45,999 bases of DNA from contig DAOUKI010000119.1 of assembly GCA_034421495.1 (NCBI GenBank), positions 1 through 45,999 of the forward strand, written 5' to 3'. Source of the DNA: Dehalococcoidia bacterium (GTDB lineage: Bacteria > Chloroflexota > Dehalococcoidia > Lucifugimonadales > QGNO01). The position numbers and the translations under genes are program-made. The notes under the pieces are model-generated. The model did not search any database. It had not been told where the DNA came from and worked only from the letters and a program-made list of their open reading frames with translations. Position 1 is the stretch's first letter, and each line of letters begins with the position of its first letter. Positions 34,478 to 44,004 of this stretch are shown here, piece after piece.

Positions 34478-37132
34478 ATGAGCATCTTAACCAGTGCTTT
34501 CAAGAAGATAACAGGCTCTAACGATGGCGAGGTCAACAAGCTCAGATCGCTTGTTGAGGAAATAAACGGTTTGGAGCCTGAGTTTGAGAAGCTTTCCGCC
34601 GGAGAGCTTGAGCAGACCACGGCTGAACTCAAAGACCTCATCTCAAAGGGCAAGTCCCTGGACGATCTTCTTCCCGATGCATTTGCCGCTGTCAGAGAAG
34701 CCTCCAAACGTACCATAGCCATGAGGCACTACGACGTGCAGCTCTTGGGGGGCATTGTGCTGCATCAAGGCAAGATAGCCGAGATGAAAACGGGCGAGGG
34801 AAAGACGCTGGTGGCCACACTGCCTCTCTACCTCAACGCTTTGGAAGGCAAGGGCGCACACCTGGTCACGGTCAACGACTATCTGGCGAAACGCGACGCC
34901 CAGTGGATGGGGCCTATATTCCATTCCCTGGGGCTGAGCGTGGCCTCTCTGCAGCACGACGCGTCCTACCTGTTCGACCCGGACTACGAAGGCAACGGCC
35001 CGGCCCTGAAGAACTTGCGCCCCATCAGCCGGCGAGAGGCCTACCACGCGGACATCACCTACGGCACCAACAACGAGTTTGGCTTCGATTACTTGAGAGA
35101 CAACATGGTGGTCAGCGCAGACATGATGGTGCAGCGCGAGTTGAACTACTCCATAGTTGACGAGGTGGACAACATCCTCATCGACGAGGCCAGGACGCCG
35201 CTGATCATCAGCGGCCCCGCGCGCCAATCCACCAAGCTGTACAACACCATGGCCAAGATGGTGCCGCGGCTCATTAGAGAAGAGGACTACGTCTTTGAAG
35301 AGAAGGAACGCACCGTGGTCCTCACGGAGGATGGTATATCCAAAGTAGAGAAGCTTCTGAACCTGAACAATCTCTACGACCCGGAAAACTACGCCCTGAC
35401 CCACTACGTAGAGAACGCGCTCAGAGCCCAGGTAGCTTATCAGCGCGATACCGATTACGTGGTGCAGAACGGCGAGGTGATAATCGTCGATGAGTTCACC
35501 GGGCGCCTCATGCCCGGCCGGCGTTATTCGGAAGGCCTTCATCAGGCCATAGAGGCCAAGGAGAACATCCAAGTTAGGCAGGAGAGCCTCACCTACGCTA
35601 CAGTCACTCTGCAAAACTACTTCCGCATGTACTCCAAGCTGGCCGGAATGACCGGAACAGCCGCCACGGAGGCGGAGGAGTTCTGGAAGATATACAAGCT
35701 GGACGTGGTAGCCATTCCCACCCACCGGCCCATGGTTCGGGATGACCACACAGACCTGGTTTATAAGAATGAGAAGGGCAAATTCAAAGCCGCAACCGAC
35801 GCCATAGAGGAGCTGTACAAAGAGCAGCGCCCCGTGCTGGTGGGCACAACGTCAATTGAAGTCTCGGAAAAGTTGAGCGATACGCTCAAGAGAAGAGGCA
35901 TTGCCCACCAGGTATTGAACGCCAAGCAGCATGAAAGAGAGGCGTCCATAGTATCCCAGGCGGGCCGCTTGGGAGCCGTCACGGTTGCCACCAACATGGC
36001 GGGCCGGGGCACGGATATCGTGCTGGGAGGTTCACCGGAGGGACGCGACGCTGACGAATGGCAGGAAGAGCATGACAAGGTGGTTGAGCTGGGTGGACTG
36101 TTCATACTTGGCACGGAACGACACGAAGCCCGTCGCATAGACAACCAGCTCAGAGGCCGCTCCGGCCGCCAGGGAGACCCGGGCACTACCAGGTTCTACG
36201 TGTCGCTGGAAGACGAGCTGATGCGCAAGTTCGGCGGCGATAGGATCAAGAAGGTCATGGAGTGGGCCGGGTTGGAAGAGGAAGTGCCCATTCAGTCCCG
36301 CATGGTGACCAAGGCCATAGAGAGCTCGCAGGTCAAGGTGGAGGCCACCAACTTCGACATCAGGAAACACCTGGTGCAGTATGACGACGTGGCCAATGCC
36401 CACCGCAGCGTCGTCTATGGCGATCGGCGCAAAGCGCTATCGGAAGCCGATCTTAAAGAAAACATCCAGGAGATGATACACCGTGAGTTGGACTCGGTGG
36501 TGGCGACGAACACGTCGGGCCGCGATAGTGAGAACTGGTCGCTCGACGCGATGGAAGCGGAGTTGCTCACCATAATGCCGCTGCCCCGCGATCTCAGATT
36601 GGAGAGCCTTGAAGAGATGGCTCCGGTGGAGATGCTGGACGCTTTGGAAGGTCACGCCGATGCCCTCTACGCGGAACGTGAAGAACAGGTTGGGCCTGAG
36701 CAAATGCGCGCCTTGGAGAGAGCGGTGATGCTGCGTGTAATCGATTCGCACTGGGTGGAGCACCTAACCGCCATGCAGAACCTGCGCCAGGGCATAGGTC
36801 TGCAGGCCTACGGGCAGCGCGATCCGCTTGTGATGTACAAGAAAGAATCGCACCAGCAGTTTAACGACCTGCTGGGCCGCATCCAGCACGATATTGTGCA
36901 CACTATCTACCACGTGGTGCCGGTCCAGAACGGGGCCTCCAGAAGCGTCCAACGCAGCCGTTTGGTTGACGCCAAGATGGTGGCTTCTAAGCCCAGCGTG
37001 ATGGCCGGTGCGCTGGGAACCGCAAGGGCCTCTGCCGGAGGGGCAAGCGGCGCGAGAAAAGTGGGCCGCAACGACTCCTGCCCGTGCGGCAGCGGCAAGA
37101 AATACAAGAGATGCCACGGCGCGGCAGCCTAA
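34478..37132 (+). CDS. secA: Preprotein translocase ATPase SecA
   Basis: MKTGEGKTLVATLP (Walker A), DEVDNILIDEARTPLIISG (DEAD-like), TNMAGRGTDI, and the C-terminal zinc motif CPCGSGKKYKRCHG. I prefer ATG 34478 (MSILTSAFKKITGSNDGEVNKL) over the in-frame TTG 34466 of the track. Confidence 0.96.
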   Translation: MSILTSAFKKITGSNDGEVNKLRSLVEEINGLEPEFEKLSAGELEQTTAELKDLISKGKSLDDLLPDAFAAVREASKRTIAMRHYDVQLLGGIVLHQGKIAEMKTGEGKTLVATLPLYLNALEGKGAHLVTVNDYLAKRDAQWMGPIFHSLGLSVASLQHDASYLFDPDYEGNGPALKNLRPISRREAYHADITYGTNNEFGFDYLRDNMVVSADMMVQRELNYSIVDEVDNILIDEARTPLIISGPARQSTKLYNTMAKMVPRLIREEDYVFEEKERTVVLTEDGISKVEKLLNLNNLYDPENYALTHYVENALRAQVAYQRDTDYVVQNGEVIIVDEFTGRLMPGRRYSEGLHQAIEAKENIQVRQESLTYATVTLQNYFRMYSKLAGMTGTAATEAEEFWKIYKLDVVAIPTHRPMVRDDHTDLVYKNEKGKFKAATDAIEELYKEQRPVLVGTTSIEVSEKLSDTLKRRGIAHQVLNAKQHEREASIVSQAGRLGAVTVATNMAGRGTDIVLGGSPEGRDADEWQEEHDKVVELGGLFILGTERHEARRIDNQLRGRSGRQGDPGTTRFYVSLEDELMRKFGGDRIKKVMEWAGLEEEVPIQSRMVTKAIESSQVKVEATNFDIRKHLVQYDDVANAHRSVVYGDRRKALSEADLKENIQEMIHRELDSVVATNTSGRDSENWSLDAMEAELLTIMPLPRDLRLESLEEMAPVEMLDALEGHADALYAEREEQVGPEQMRALERAVMLRVIDSHWVEHLTAMQNLRQGIGLQAYGQRDPLVMYKKESHQQFNDLLGRIQHDIVHTIYHVVPVQNGASRSVQRSRLVDAKMVASKPSVMAGALGTARASAGGASGARKVGRNDSCPCGSGKKYKRCHGAAA

Positions 37133-37195
37133 CGCCGCCACAAACCTCTCCCCCCATTTGACGGGGGAAGATGGAGATGGGGGGGAATCGCAAGC

Positions 37196-37642
37196 ATGTA
37201 CCGCATAGAAGATAATCCTGAGCTGTTTGCACAGCAACTGGGGATCAAACCGGGCGCCACGGCAACTACCCTTAACGCGCCGGAAGCCTTCGCGGCTGCT
37301 CTGAACCAGGGAATGCCGGATGAGGCGCGTTTCATAGACGCTGGCAGAATATCCATGTTCGATTCCAACGTGACGGTATACTGGCCGGAGGATATGGACG
37401 ATCTGAAAGAGACGGTTAACTGGCGGGTTCAAGACCAGTCCACGCCGATAACCGGTTTCTGGGTGGTGATTCCCAAGAAGCCCGTGGCCGAGTTGCGGGA
37501 GAGCGACCTCCTCTTTGACGATATCCTGGACCTCGTCCTGCCCAGCGGTCTGGTGGACAACAAGATCCTCACATTCTCTGAGGAAGAGTACGGCATACGC
37601 TTTGTCCCTCGCATCGGCTCTGAGCTGTCGCCGGTGCCATGA
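37196..37642 (+). CDS. Hypothetical protein, DUF3052-like
   Basis: The N-terminal ..FAQQLGIKPGATATTLNAPEAF.. resembles the DUF3052 opening motif as I remember it. Its stop overlaps the next start (ATGA at 37639-37642). Confidence 0.5.
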   Translation: MYRIEDNPELFAQQLGIKPGATATTLNAPEAFAAALNQGMPDEARFIDAGRISMFDSNVTVYWPEDMDDLKETVNWRVQDQSTPITGFWVVIPKKPVAELRESDLLFDDILDLVLPSGLVDNKILTFSEEEYGIRFVPRIGSELSPVP

Positions 37643-38103
37643 ACAACCTGGAGCTGGCTTCCATCTTCAACGGAATCGCCGCGCTTTCCGAGCTGAAGGG
37701 CGAGAACGTCTTTGTCGTCATGGCTTATCAAAGAGTGGCGCAGGCCATCCGGTATCTTCCGGTGGAGCTTGAGCAGTACGTCCGCGAAGGCAATGACCTC
37801 AAGGAGATAGACGGCATTGGCGACGCCATCTCCCAGAAGATACACGAGCTGTTGGAAACAGGCCGTTCGCGGTTCTACGAGGAGCTGAAGGCGGAGTTCC
37901 CCGAAGGGCTTATCGACATTATGGAAGTCCCCGGCGTGGGCCCCAAGAAAGCCCTCAGGCTCACCACTGAGCTTGGCATAAAGTCCGTGCCGGAGTTGGA
38001 AGAAGCGCTGGAGGACGGACGCGTGGAGCGGTTGCCCGGGTTTGGCGAAAGAAGCGCCGCGAACATGCTTCGCCGTCTGCGTAATCGTAATAAATATGCC
38101 TGA
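37639..38103 (+). CDS. Stand-alone DNA polymerase X N-terminal module (8-kDa plus fingers helix-hairpin-helix domains only)
   Basis: MNNLELASIFNGIAALSELKGENVFVVMAYQRVAQAI...EIDGIGDAISQKIHELLETG...MEVPGVGPKKALRL..ELGI.SV.EL..A...G.V..LPGFGERSA is collinear with the first about 150 aa of bacterial PolX. The ORF stops where the palm domain would begin. No PHP domain. Confidence 0.7.
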   Translation: MNNLELASIFNGIAALSELKGENVFVVMAYQRVAQAIRYLPVELEQYVREGNDLKEIDGIGDAISQKIHELLETGRSRFYEELKAEFPEGLIDIMEVPGVGPKKALRLTTELGIKSVPELEEALEDGRVERLPGFGERSAANMLRRLRNRNKYA

Positions 38104-38782
38104 AAAGAGATCGAAAAGAACCGGCGCGCAGAAGCAGATGGCGGAGGAAGTTGTAGAGTGCTTGAAGCTGGCCATCCGGCAGGGCACGCCATGGCCCAGG
38201 GCTTTGCTGGATGCCGTTGCCGCCTGGCCCCTTGCCGAAGAGCGGCTGGACGGCGTCGATTACCGGTACCTGCTGCTGGGTGAAGCCTTCGACTGGTTGA
38301 CCCTGGCAGGACGTCTGCTCAGCGAGGTAGACGGCTTGGTTCCCGCCGAGGAGAGGACGGCTCTTCTATTCGAAGGGTCACTGCCCAGTGACGAGCTCTG
38401 GTACCAGTTCGAGGACCTGATTGGCCCCGAGAAGCGGGGAGCGCACCTCAACTACTACTACGGCGTAATTGTGGAGGAAGCGCTCCTTCTTTCGGTGGAG
38501 GAAACGGTGCGCAAGGAGCGCATCTCGCAAGGGCTGCCCGACTCGGAGGAGCTCAGCGACATAGCGTTTCGGCGTGTCTACGGCGAAACCCAGGAGTCGT
38601 TGCTGCAAGCATTCCGGCAGGAAATGGCGAGACCTGACAGAGATTCCATCACCATCACCGAGCTTAAGGAGTTCACCTACTGGCTGTTCAAGCGCCGCGT
38701 AAATTCGTCCGAGAGTGCGAGGGTAGCCAGCGATACCAAGAAGGGTCTGGTTAGACTTTCCGGTATGAACGGCCTGAGGTAG
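38096..38782 (+). CDS. Hypothetical protein (228 aa), acidic, no recognisable family
   Basis: ATG 38096 overlaps the upstream stop by 8 nt (ATGCCTGA). The track's longer 38042 start would overlap the upstream gene by 62 nt. It shows no similarity to the PolX palm domain by eye. Confidence 0.55.
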   Translation: MPEKRSKRTGAQKQMAEEVVECLKLAIRQGTPWPRALLDAVAAWPLAEERLDGVDYRYLLLGEAFDWLTLAGRLLSEVDGLVPAEERTALLFEGSLPSDELWYQFEDLIGPEKRGAHLNYYYGVIVEEALLLSVEETVRKERISQGLPDSEELSDIAFRRVYGETQESLLQAFRQEMARPDRDSITITELKEFTYWLFKRRVNSSESARVASDTKKGLVRLSGMNGLR

Positions 38783-38799
38783 CGGATTCCAGGACCCGG

Positions 38800-41478
38800 C
38801 TATCCGCCGAACTGCTGGACAAGCTCCTGTATGCGCGCTTGACGTTCTTTGGCCGCCTCCAAACGTTGCCGTTCTCTCTCCACCACTTCCTCGGGAGCCT
38901 TGGAGGTGAACCGTTCATCTTCCAGGCGGCGTTCTGAACGGTGGATCAGGTCTTGGGATGTCTGCAGCTCCTGCTCCAAGCGCCGTTGCTCCGCGGCCAG
39001 GTCGACAACGTCGCCCATGGGTATGTACACCGTGGTGCTTCCCACCACCAGCGACACGGTTTGATTAGCCGGAGGCTGCTGGTCCGGCCGTATGACGTGG
39101 AGAGGTTCGATGCGGGCCAGGGCTTTGATAGCCTCCGATTCTTCAAGAATCACGTGGTAGCTAGAGTCCGAGGCTATCAGCACCTCCAACCGTTCTTGCG
39201 GCTCAATCTTGAACTCGGCGCGTATATTGCGCACTGCGCGCACTACCGCGCTGACCAAGTCCACTTCTTCTTCCGCCAGCGGGTCGATTGCCTCCGGATG
39301 GGCCTCCGGGTAGGGCGCTATCATAATGGAATGAGGCAGGTCTCCTTCACGGGGTAGAGCCTGCACCAGCCGCTGCCACAGCTCTTCAGTAATGAACGGC
39401 ATGAAGGGGTGCAGCATTCTAAGGGTGCGCTCCAGAACGTGAGCCAGTATTGTCAATGGCTCCCTGTCGCCGTGGCGCAGACGCACCTTGCTCATTTCTA
39501 TGTACCAATCGGCGAACTCGCTCCAGATGAAGTCGTAGAGCTCGCGCTCCGCTTCTCCAAACTGGAACTCCTCCATCAGCTTGCCCACGTTCTCGGTGAC
39601 GCGGTTATGCCTGCTCAGTATCCATCTGTCCTCGCGGTGCTGGGGCGTGGGAACCTGCGACCATCCGGAGAGATCGTCCGCGTCTTCCAGCAGCCCCACC
39701 ACGAAGCGGCTGATGTTCCACAGCTTGTTCGCGAAGTTACGCGACGCCTCCAGCTTTTCCGCGGTGGGCCGCGTATCGTTGCCGGGGGAAGTTCCCGTGG
39801 TGAGAGCGAACCTCAAAGCGTCGGCTCCGTAGGTGTCGATGAGTTGCAGTGGATCCAGAACGTTGCCGCGGCTCTTGCTCATCTTTACGCCTTCGGGGTC
39901 GCGTACCAGCCCGTGGAGATACACCGTCTTGAACGGGATCTCTTCCATGTTTTCCAGGCCCATCATAATCATGCGGGCTACCCAGAAGAACAGGATGTCG
40001 TAGCCCGTTTCCATCACTGCGGTAGGGTAGAAATAGCGCAGGTCTTCCGTGTCATCGGGCCAGCCCAGAGTGGAATGTGGCCATAGCGCGGAGCTAAACC
40101 AGGTGTCCAGGACGTCCGGGTCTTGCCAGAGCTTGGAGGAACTGCAGTGCTCGCACTGGGTTGGCTCTTCCACAGCTACCGTCTCCTCATCGCACCCGTC
40201 GCAGTACCACACAGGTATGCGATGCCCCCACCAGAGCTGGCGGCTGATAGTCCAGTCGCGGATGTTCTCCATCCAGTTCATGTAGACCTTGGTGAAACGC
40301 TCTGGAACTATGCGGATACGCCCGTCCTCCACCGCCTCTATTGCAGGCTTGGCCAGCGGTTTTATATCGACAAACCACTGCATGCTCACTATAGGCTCTA
40401 CCGTGATGTCGCAGCGATCGCACCTGCCCAGCGCTACCGTGTACGGCTCGGTCCGCTCCAACAGGCCTTCCTGCTCCAACTGCTGCAATATTCCTTTGCG
40501 GACGGTGAACCGGTCCTGGCCCGCATATGGCCCGGCCTCTTTGTTCATGGTCCCGTCCAAGTTCATTACGTTGACGATGGGCAGGTCATGGCGCTGACCG
40601 ACCTCGAAGTCGGTGGCGTCGTGGCCTGGTGTGACTTTGAGAGCGCCTGTGCCGAACTCCATCTCCACCGCTTCATCCGCGATGACGGGTATGGGCCGGC
40701 CCAGCACCGGCAGCAACACTTTCTTGCCGATGACGTCCGTGTATCGCTCGTCGTTGGGGTTGACCGCCACCGCCGTGTCGCCCAGCAGTGTTTCGGGGCG
40801 CGTGGTGGCTACGGTGAGGTGACGGTTGCTATCCTGAAGTTTGTACCGAATATGGTAGAGCTCCCCCTCTGAGTCGCCGTGTTTCACTTCAAGGTCGGAC
40901 AGCGCAGTCATGCAGCGGATACACCAGTTGATGATGCGCTCTCCGCGGTAGATGAGACCTTTCTTGTACAGATTCACGAAGGTGGTGAGGACCGCTTTGC
41001 TGGGCCCCGGTTCCAGGGTGAACCGTTGTCGCGTCCAATCACAGGAAGCGCCCAGTCGCTTGATCTGCTCGGTGATGATGCCGCCGTACTTGTGCACCCA
41101 CTCCCAAATGCGCTGCTCAAACTGCTCGCGCCCAAGCTGGTGACGACTTACCTCGTCCTGGTCTTGGAGAGCGCGTTCCACCACAACTTGCGTGGCAATG
41201 CCCGCGTGGTCGGTTCCGGGCAGCCAGAGTGTGGGGTCGCCGCGCATGCGATGCCAGCGAGCCATGATGTCTTCCAGCGTGTCGGTAAGGGCGTGCCCCA
41301 TGTGAAGCTCGCCCGTTACGTTGGGAGGCGGCATGATGATGACAAACGGTTCTTTGGAGTGGTCTATCTCAGGAGTGAAGTAGCCCCCGTCCATCCAGAA
41401 CCTGTACAACCTCTCCTCCACGGGGCGATGGTCGTATGCCTTGGGGAATTCCTGCTTCTTCGTTTCAGTGGTGGCCAT
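38800..41478 (-). CDS. valS: Valine--tRNA ligase
   Basis: HIGH motif (PNVTGELHMGHAL), KMSKS (VKMSKSRGN), and a C-terminal coiled coil. I prefer ATG 41478 (MATTETKKQEFPKAYDHRPVEERLYRFW) over the track's 41559, because ValRS N-termini start close to the ..YDP..VE..WY..W motif. Confidence 0.95.
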   Translation of the reverse strand: MATTETKKQEFPKAYDHRPVEERLYRFWMDGGYFTPEIDHSKEPFVIIMPPPNVTGELHMGHALTDTLEDIMARWHRMRGDPTLWLPGTDHAGIATQVVVERALQDQDEVSRHQLGREQFEQRIWEWVHKYGGIITEQIKRLGASCDWTRQRFTLEPGPSKAVLTTFVNLYKKGLIYRGERIINWCIRCMTALSDLEVKHGDSEGELYHIRYKLQDSNRHLTVATTRPETLLGDTAVAVNPNDERYTDVIGKKVLLPVLGRPIPVIADEAVEMEFGTGALKVTPGHDATDFEVGQRHDLPIVNVMNLDGTMNKEAGPYAGQDRFTVRKGILQQLEQEGLLERTEPYTVALGRCDRCDITVEPIVSMQWFVDIKPLAKPAIEAVEDGRIRIVPERFTKVYMNWMENIRDWTISRQLWWGHRIPVWYCDGCDEETVAVEEPTQCEHCSSSKLWQDPDVLDTWFSSALWPHSTLGWPDDTEDLRYFYPTAVMETGYDILFFWVARMIMMGLENMEEIPFKTVYLHGLVRDPEGVKMSKSRGNVLDPLQLIDTYGADALRFALTTGTSPGNDTRPTAEKLEASRNFANKLWNISRFVVGLLEDADDLSGWSQVPTPQHREDRWILSRHNRVTENVGKLMEEFQFGEAERELYDFIWSEFADWYIEMSKVRLRHGDREPLTILAHVLERTLRMLHPFMPFITEELWQRLVQALPREGDLPHSIMIAPYPEAHPEAIDPLAEEEVDLVSAVVRAVRNIRAEFKIEPQERLEVLIASDSSYHVILEESEAIKALARIEPLHVIRPDQQPPANQTVSLVVGSTTVYIPMGDVVDLAAEQRRLEQELQTSQDLIHRSERRLEDERFTSKAPEEVVERERQRLEAAKERQARIQELVQQFGG

Positions 41479-41489
41479 GCTGTTGAACG

Positions 41490-41518
41490 ATTGTAGCACG
41501 AGGCAGGTTGGCGGTGAA
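41490..41518 (-). promoter_or_regulatory. Candidate sigma70-type promoter for valS (-35 TTCACC, 17-nt spacer, extended -10 TGcTACAAT)
   Basis: Read on the minus strand: ttcacc-gccaacctgcctcgtgc-tacaat-cgttcaacagc-ATG. The -10 ends only 11 nt before the ATG, and no SD is visible. Motif match only. Confidence 0.3.
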
Positions 41519-41662
41519 GTCACCGTGTGAGAAGAAAGGGAGAAATACTCCTTGCGCATCGGGCGTATAATAGAGATGCCACGGCCCCATCGCGTTCAAC
41601 CGCACGCCCTGAGACCGAGACGCCTCTTTCCTAGCTTTCCGTAGAGGACTTTGCCTGTAAGT

Positions 41663-42922
41663 ATGCGCCGGACGGATACCGAAACCGCTGTGGACGCAGC
41701 TTCCAAGCCCATATCTTGGAAGCGGAACCTGGCCGTGATGTGGATTGCCCAGTGCATTACGGTGATGGGTTTCAGCTTTACCTTCCCCTTTGTGCCCCTG
41801 TTCATCCAGCAGGACCTGGGCGTCCCTGATCCTGCTGGCGCCGCTTTCTGGACCGGCATCTCCAGCGGCTTCATGGGCATCGCCATGTTCACTTTCGGGC
41901 CTATATGGGGCATGATCGGCGACAGGTATGGAAGGAAGAACAACGTGGTGCGGGCCATGCTGGGCGGGGTGTTGTCCCTGGTGTTAACCGGGTTGGTCAC
42001 CAACGTCGGGCAGCTTGTCGTACTTCGAGTGCTGAACGGCGTCGCCTCCGGCGTGTTCGCTACGGTCATGGCGCTGGTTGCCTCCACCACTCCACGGGAG
42101 CGAGTTCCCCTGGTTATGGGCAGCCTGCAGGCGGCAATGCTCTTCGGCAACACCATAGGCCCCCTGTTTGGCAGCATACTGGCCGAGGCGGTCGGTTTCC
42201 GCGGCGCCTACTACGTGGCGGGGGCAACTTTGGGCATATCCATCCTTATGGTGGTGTTCCTTGCCCGCGACAACTTTGAAAAGCCTGCCGACGGCGGTTT
42301 CGTATTCAGACACGAAGCGCTGGAGGGGCTGTTCAAGCTGGTGGGGTCTCGCGAGGTGGGCCCCATATTGATTGCCACGTTCATGATCCAGATGGCGCCC
42401 TTGCTCATGTTTCCCGTGCTCCCCGTGCTGCTGGATTCGTTGACTTCTGGAGGGGGCACAATGAGCACCGGCATCTCCTTTGCCATACTGGGCATCACCG
42501 GAGCAATAGCCTCTTATATGGCGGGGTGGTTCAGCGCCAGGGTCTCTTTGACCAAGATGATGATTGTGGCCTGCCTGGGACTGGGCGTATGCCTGACTCC
42601 GTTTGTCTTCGTCGATGCGGTATTCATCCTGTATGGCCTGCTTGCTGTGGCCGGCGCGTTTCAAGGCGTGCTCATCGGCTCCGCGAGCGGCCTGATGGGG
42701 GTTGCCGTACCACCGGAACAGCGCGGCACGGGCTTCGGCGCTATGCAGAGCGTTTCGGCGGGAGCGTTTGGATTTGGGCCGCTGATTGGAGGGACAATTG
42801 CTTCCGTAACCGGATTGAGGTCTGTCTTCGCTGTCCAGCCTGTGGTGCTGGTAATAGCGGCGGTCTTTGTGGCGTTGTTCCTCGGACGCCGCGAGGCGGA
42901 GGCAGACGCGGACGCGGGGTAG
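41663..42922 (+). CDS. MFS transporter
   Basis: About 12 hydrophobic helices. MFS loop 2-3 signature GMIGDRYGRK. ATG 41663; an in-frame TTG at 41651 is the track's start. Confidence 0.85.
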   Translation: MRRTDTETAVDAASKPISWKRNLAVMWIAQCITVMGFSFTFPFVPLFIQQDLGVPDPAGAAFWTGISSGFMGIAMFTFGPIWGMIGDRYGRKNNVVRAMLGGVLSLVLTGLVTNVGQLVVLRVLNGVASGVFATVMALVASTTPRERVPLVMGSLQAAMLFGNTIGPLFGSILAEAVGFRGAYYVAGATLGISILMVVFLARDNFEKPADGGFVFRHEALEGLFKLVGSREVGPILIATFMIQMAPLLMFPVLPVLLDSLTSGGGTMSTGISFAILGITGAIASYMAGWFSARVSLTKMMIVACLGLGVCLTPFVFVDAVFILYGLLAVAGAFQGVLIGSASGLMGVAVPPEQRGTGFGAMQSVSAGAFGFGPLIGGTIASVTGLRSVFAVQPVVLVIAAVFVALFLGRREAEADADAG

Positions 42923-42933
42923 GGGAGTAGCCG

Positions 42934-43908
42934 CTAGATACTGCTTTCCAGGCTGCGGCGCGCCATCAGGGCTGCGCCAATCACAATGGCGTCCCCGCCC
43001 AGGTGCGCTCTGACGATTTCAAGCGGGCCCGTAGCCGCCGAGAGGGCGTTTTGAAACACCTGCTCCCTTGCCATCTCTATCAGTTCGGGCGTCCCCTCTA
43101 TCACCCCTCCTCCAAGCACGACCATACGAGGGTTGAATGCGTGCACCAGCGAGATAATGCCTGCGGCAAGAGCGCGCCCCGTCTCCTCAATTATGCGCCC
43201 GGCCAGTGGGTCGCCGTTGTGGAACGCATGGGAGACTGTCGATGCCGTTATCTCGTCCGCATCGCCGCCGCACAGGCCGAGGATAGCGGTTCCCTCGCTT
43301 GGACTTGATGCGATGGCTTGTTGCGTCCGCAAGGCTATGGCCCATCCGCCGCACAGAGACTCCAAGCATCCGCGGTTGCGGCAGCGGCAGGGTGCGCCGT
43401 TCATGTCGATGGTCATGTGCCCAACCTCTCCGGCGGTTCCCGTAGCGCCGACAACCACCCGGTTGTCGTGGATGATTCCGCCGCCGACGCCGGTTCCCAC
43501 GAACAGCGCCACCAGGTCGGAAACCCCCTGACCTGCGCCGCGCTGCCACTCTCCAAAGGCGGCGGCCCGGACGTCGTTGGTGACGAACGCGGAGACGTTG
43601 AACGCCTCCTCCAGTCTGGACTTCAGGGGGAAGTTGCCCAGTTGCACCAGGTTGGGGGACTCGCGCACTATCCCGGTTACAGGCTCGATCTGCCCGGCGG
43701 CGCCGACTCCTACCGCATCGATTTCTCCGTCGGTCGCGCTCTGCAACTGCTGGGCAAGGAGGAGTGTTTGCGCGATGAAACCGTCCGGTGAGAGCTCTCT
43801 GCCACTGGGGAAGCGGTCGCTGGAGAGGACGTTGCCGTGTGCGTCGACAAGAGCCACCTCCACCTTGGTGCCGCCGATATCAATTCCCAGTGTTGTTCCG
43901 GATGCCAT
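42934..43908 (-). CDS. ROK-family sugar kinase (glucokinase-like)
   Basis: N-terminal ATP motif LGIDIGGTKVEVALVD, GAAGEVGHM, and ROK zinc motif CRCRNRGCLESLCGG. No N-terminal HTH, so it is a kinase rather than a repressor. Confidence 0.88.
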   Translation of the reverse strand: MASGTTLGIDIGGTKVEVALVDAHGNVLSSDRFPSGRELSPDGFIAQTLLLAQQLQSATDGEIDAVGVGAAGQIEPVTGIVRESPNLVQLGNFPLKSRLEEAFNVSAFVTNDVRAAAFGEWQRGAGQGVSDLVALFVGTGVGGGIIHDNRVVVGATGTAGEVGHMTIDMNGAPCRCRNRGCLESLCGGWAIALRTQQAIASSPSEGTAILGLCGGDADEITASTVSHAFHNGDPLAGRIIEETGRALAAGIISLVHAFNPRMVVLGGGVIEGTPELIEMAREQVFQNALSAATGPLEIVRAHLGGDAIVIGAALMARRSLESSI

Positions 43909-44004
43909 GGCCTTCCAAGTGCGAAACGTGGACTAGTCCAACATCAAGGCAAGATGTTGCAAGACGAATTGATTGTTGCCGTCGTTTCTAGCTGATGACT
44001 CCGG

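Noticed and set aside
34643-35749. Long antisense or alternative-frame ORFs inside confirmed genes: 368 aa inside secA, 239 aa (31331..32050) inside purA, 211 aa (16275..16910) inside MIPS, 252 aa (37429..38187) opposite the PolX-N gene, 217 aa (26456..27109) opposite the GrdB-like gene, and the many ORFs within 696-9845
   Set aside because: These are shadow ORFs typical of high-GC DNA. Their translations are Arg/Gly/Pro/His-rich with no motifs, while the opposite-strand or alternative-frame product has clear family signatures.
37639-38782. Frameshifted full-length PolX gene spread over two ORFs
   Set aside because: The downstream 228-aa ORF shows none of the palm (catalytic Asp triad), thumb or PHP motifs in its frame. 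The combined length is also far short of a PolX.
41479-41650. T-box leader upstream of valS
   Set aside because: Reading the minus strand, I found no T-box consensus (..GGGTGGTACCGCG..-like) and no specifier or terminator architecture. The region is short and is better explained as a divergent promoter region shared with the MFS gene.
43939-43959. Hairpin CAACATC-N7-GATGTTG between the 164-aa hypothetical gene and the ROK kinase gene, considered as an intrinsic terminator or operator
   Set aside because: No U-tract follows on the transcribed (minus) strand, the stem is AT-rich and short, and there is no second copy or adjacent regulator to support an operator role.
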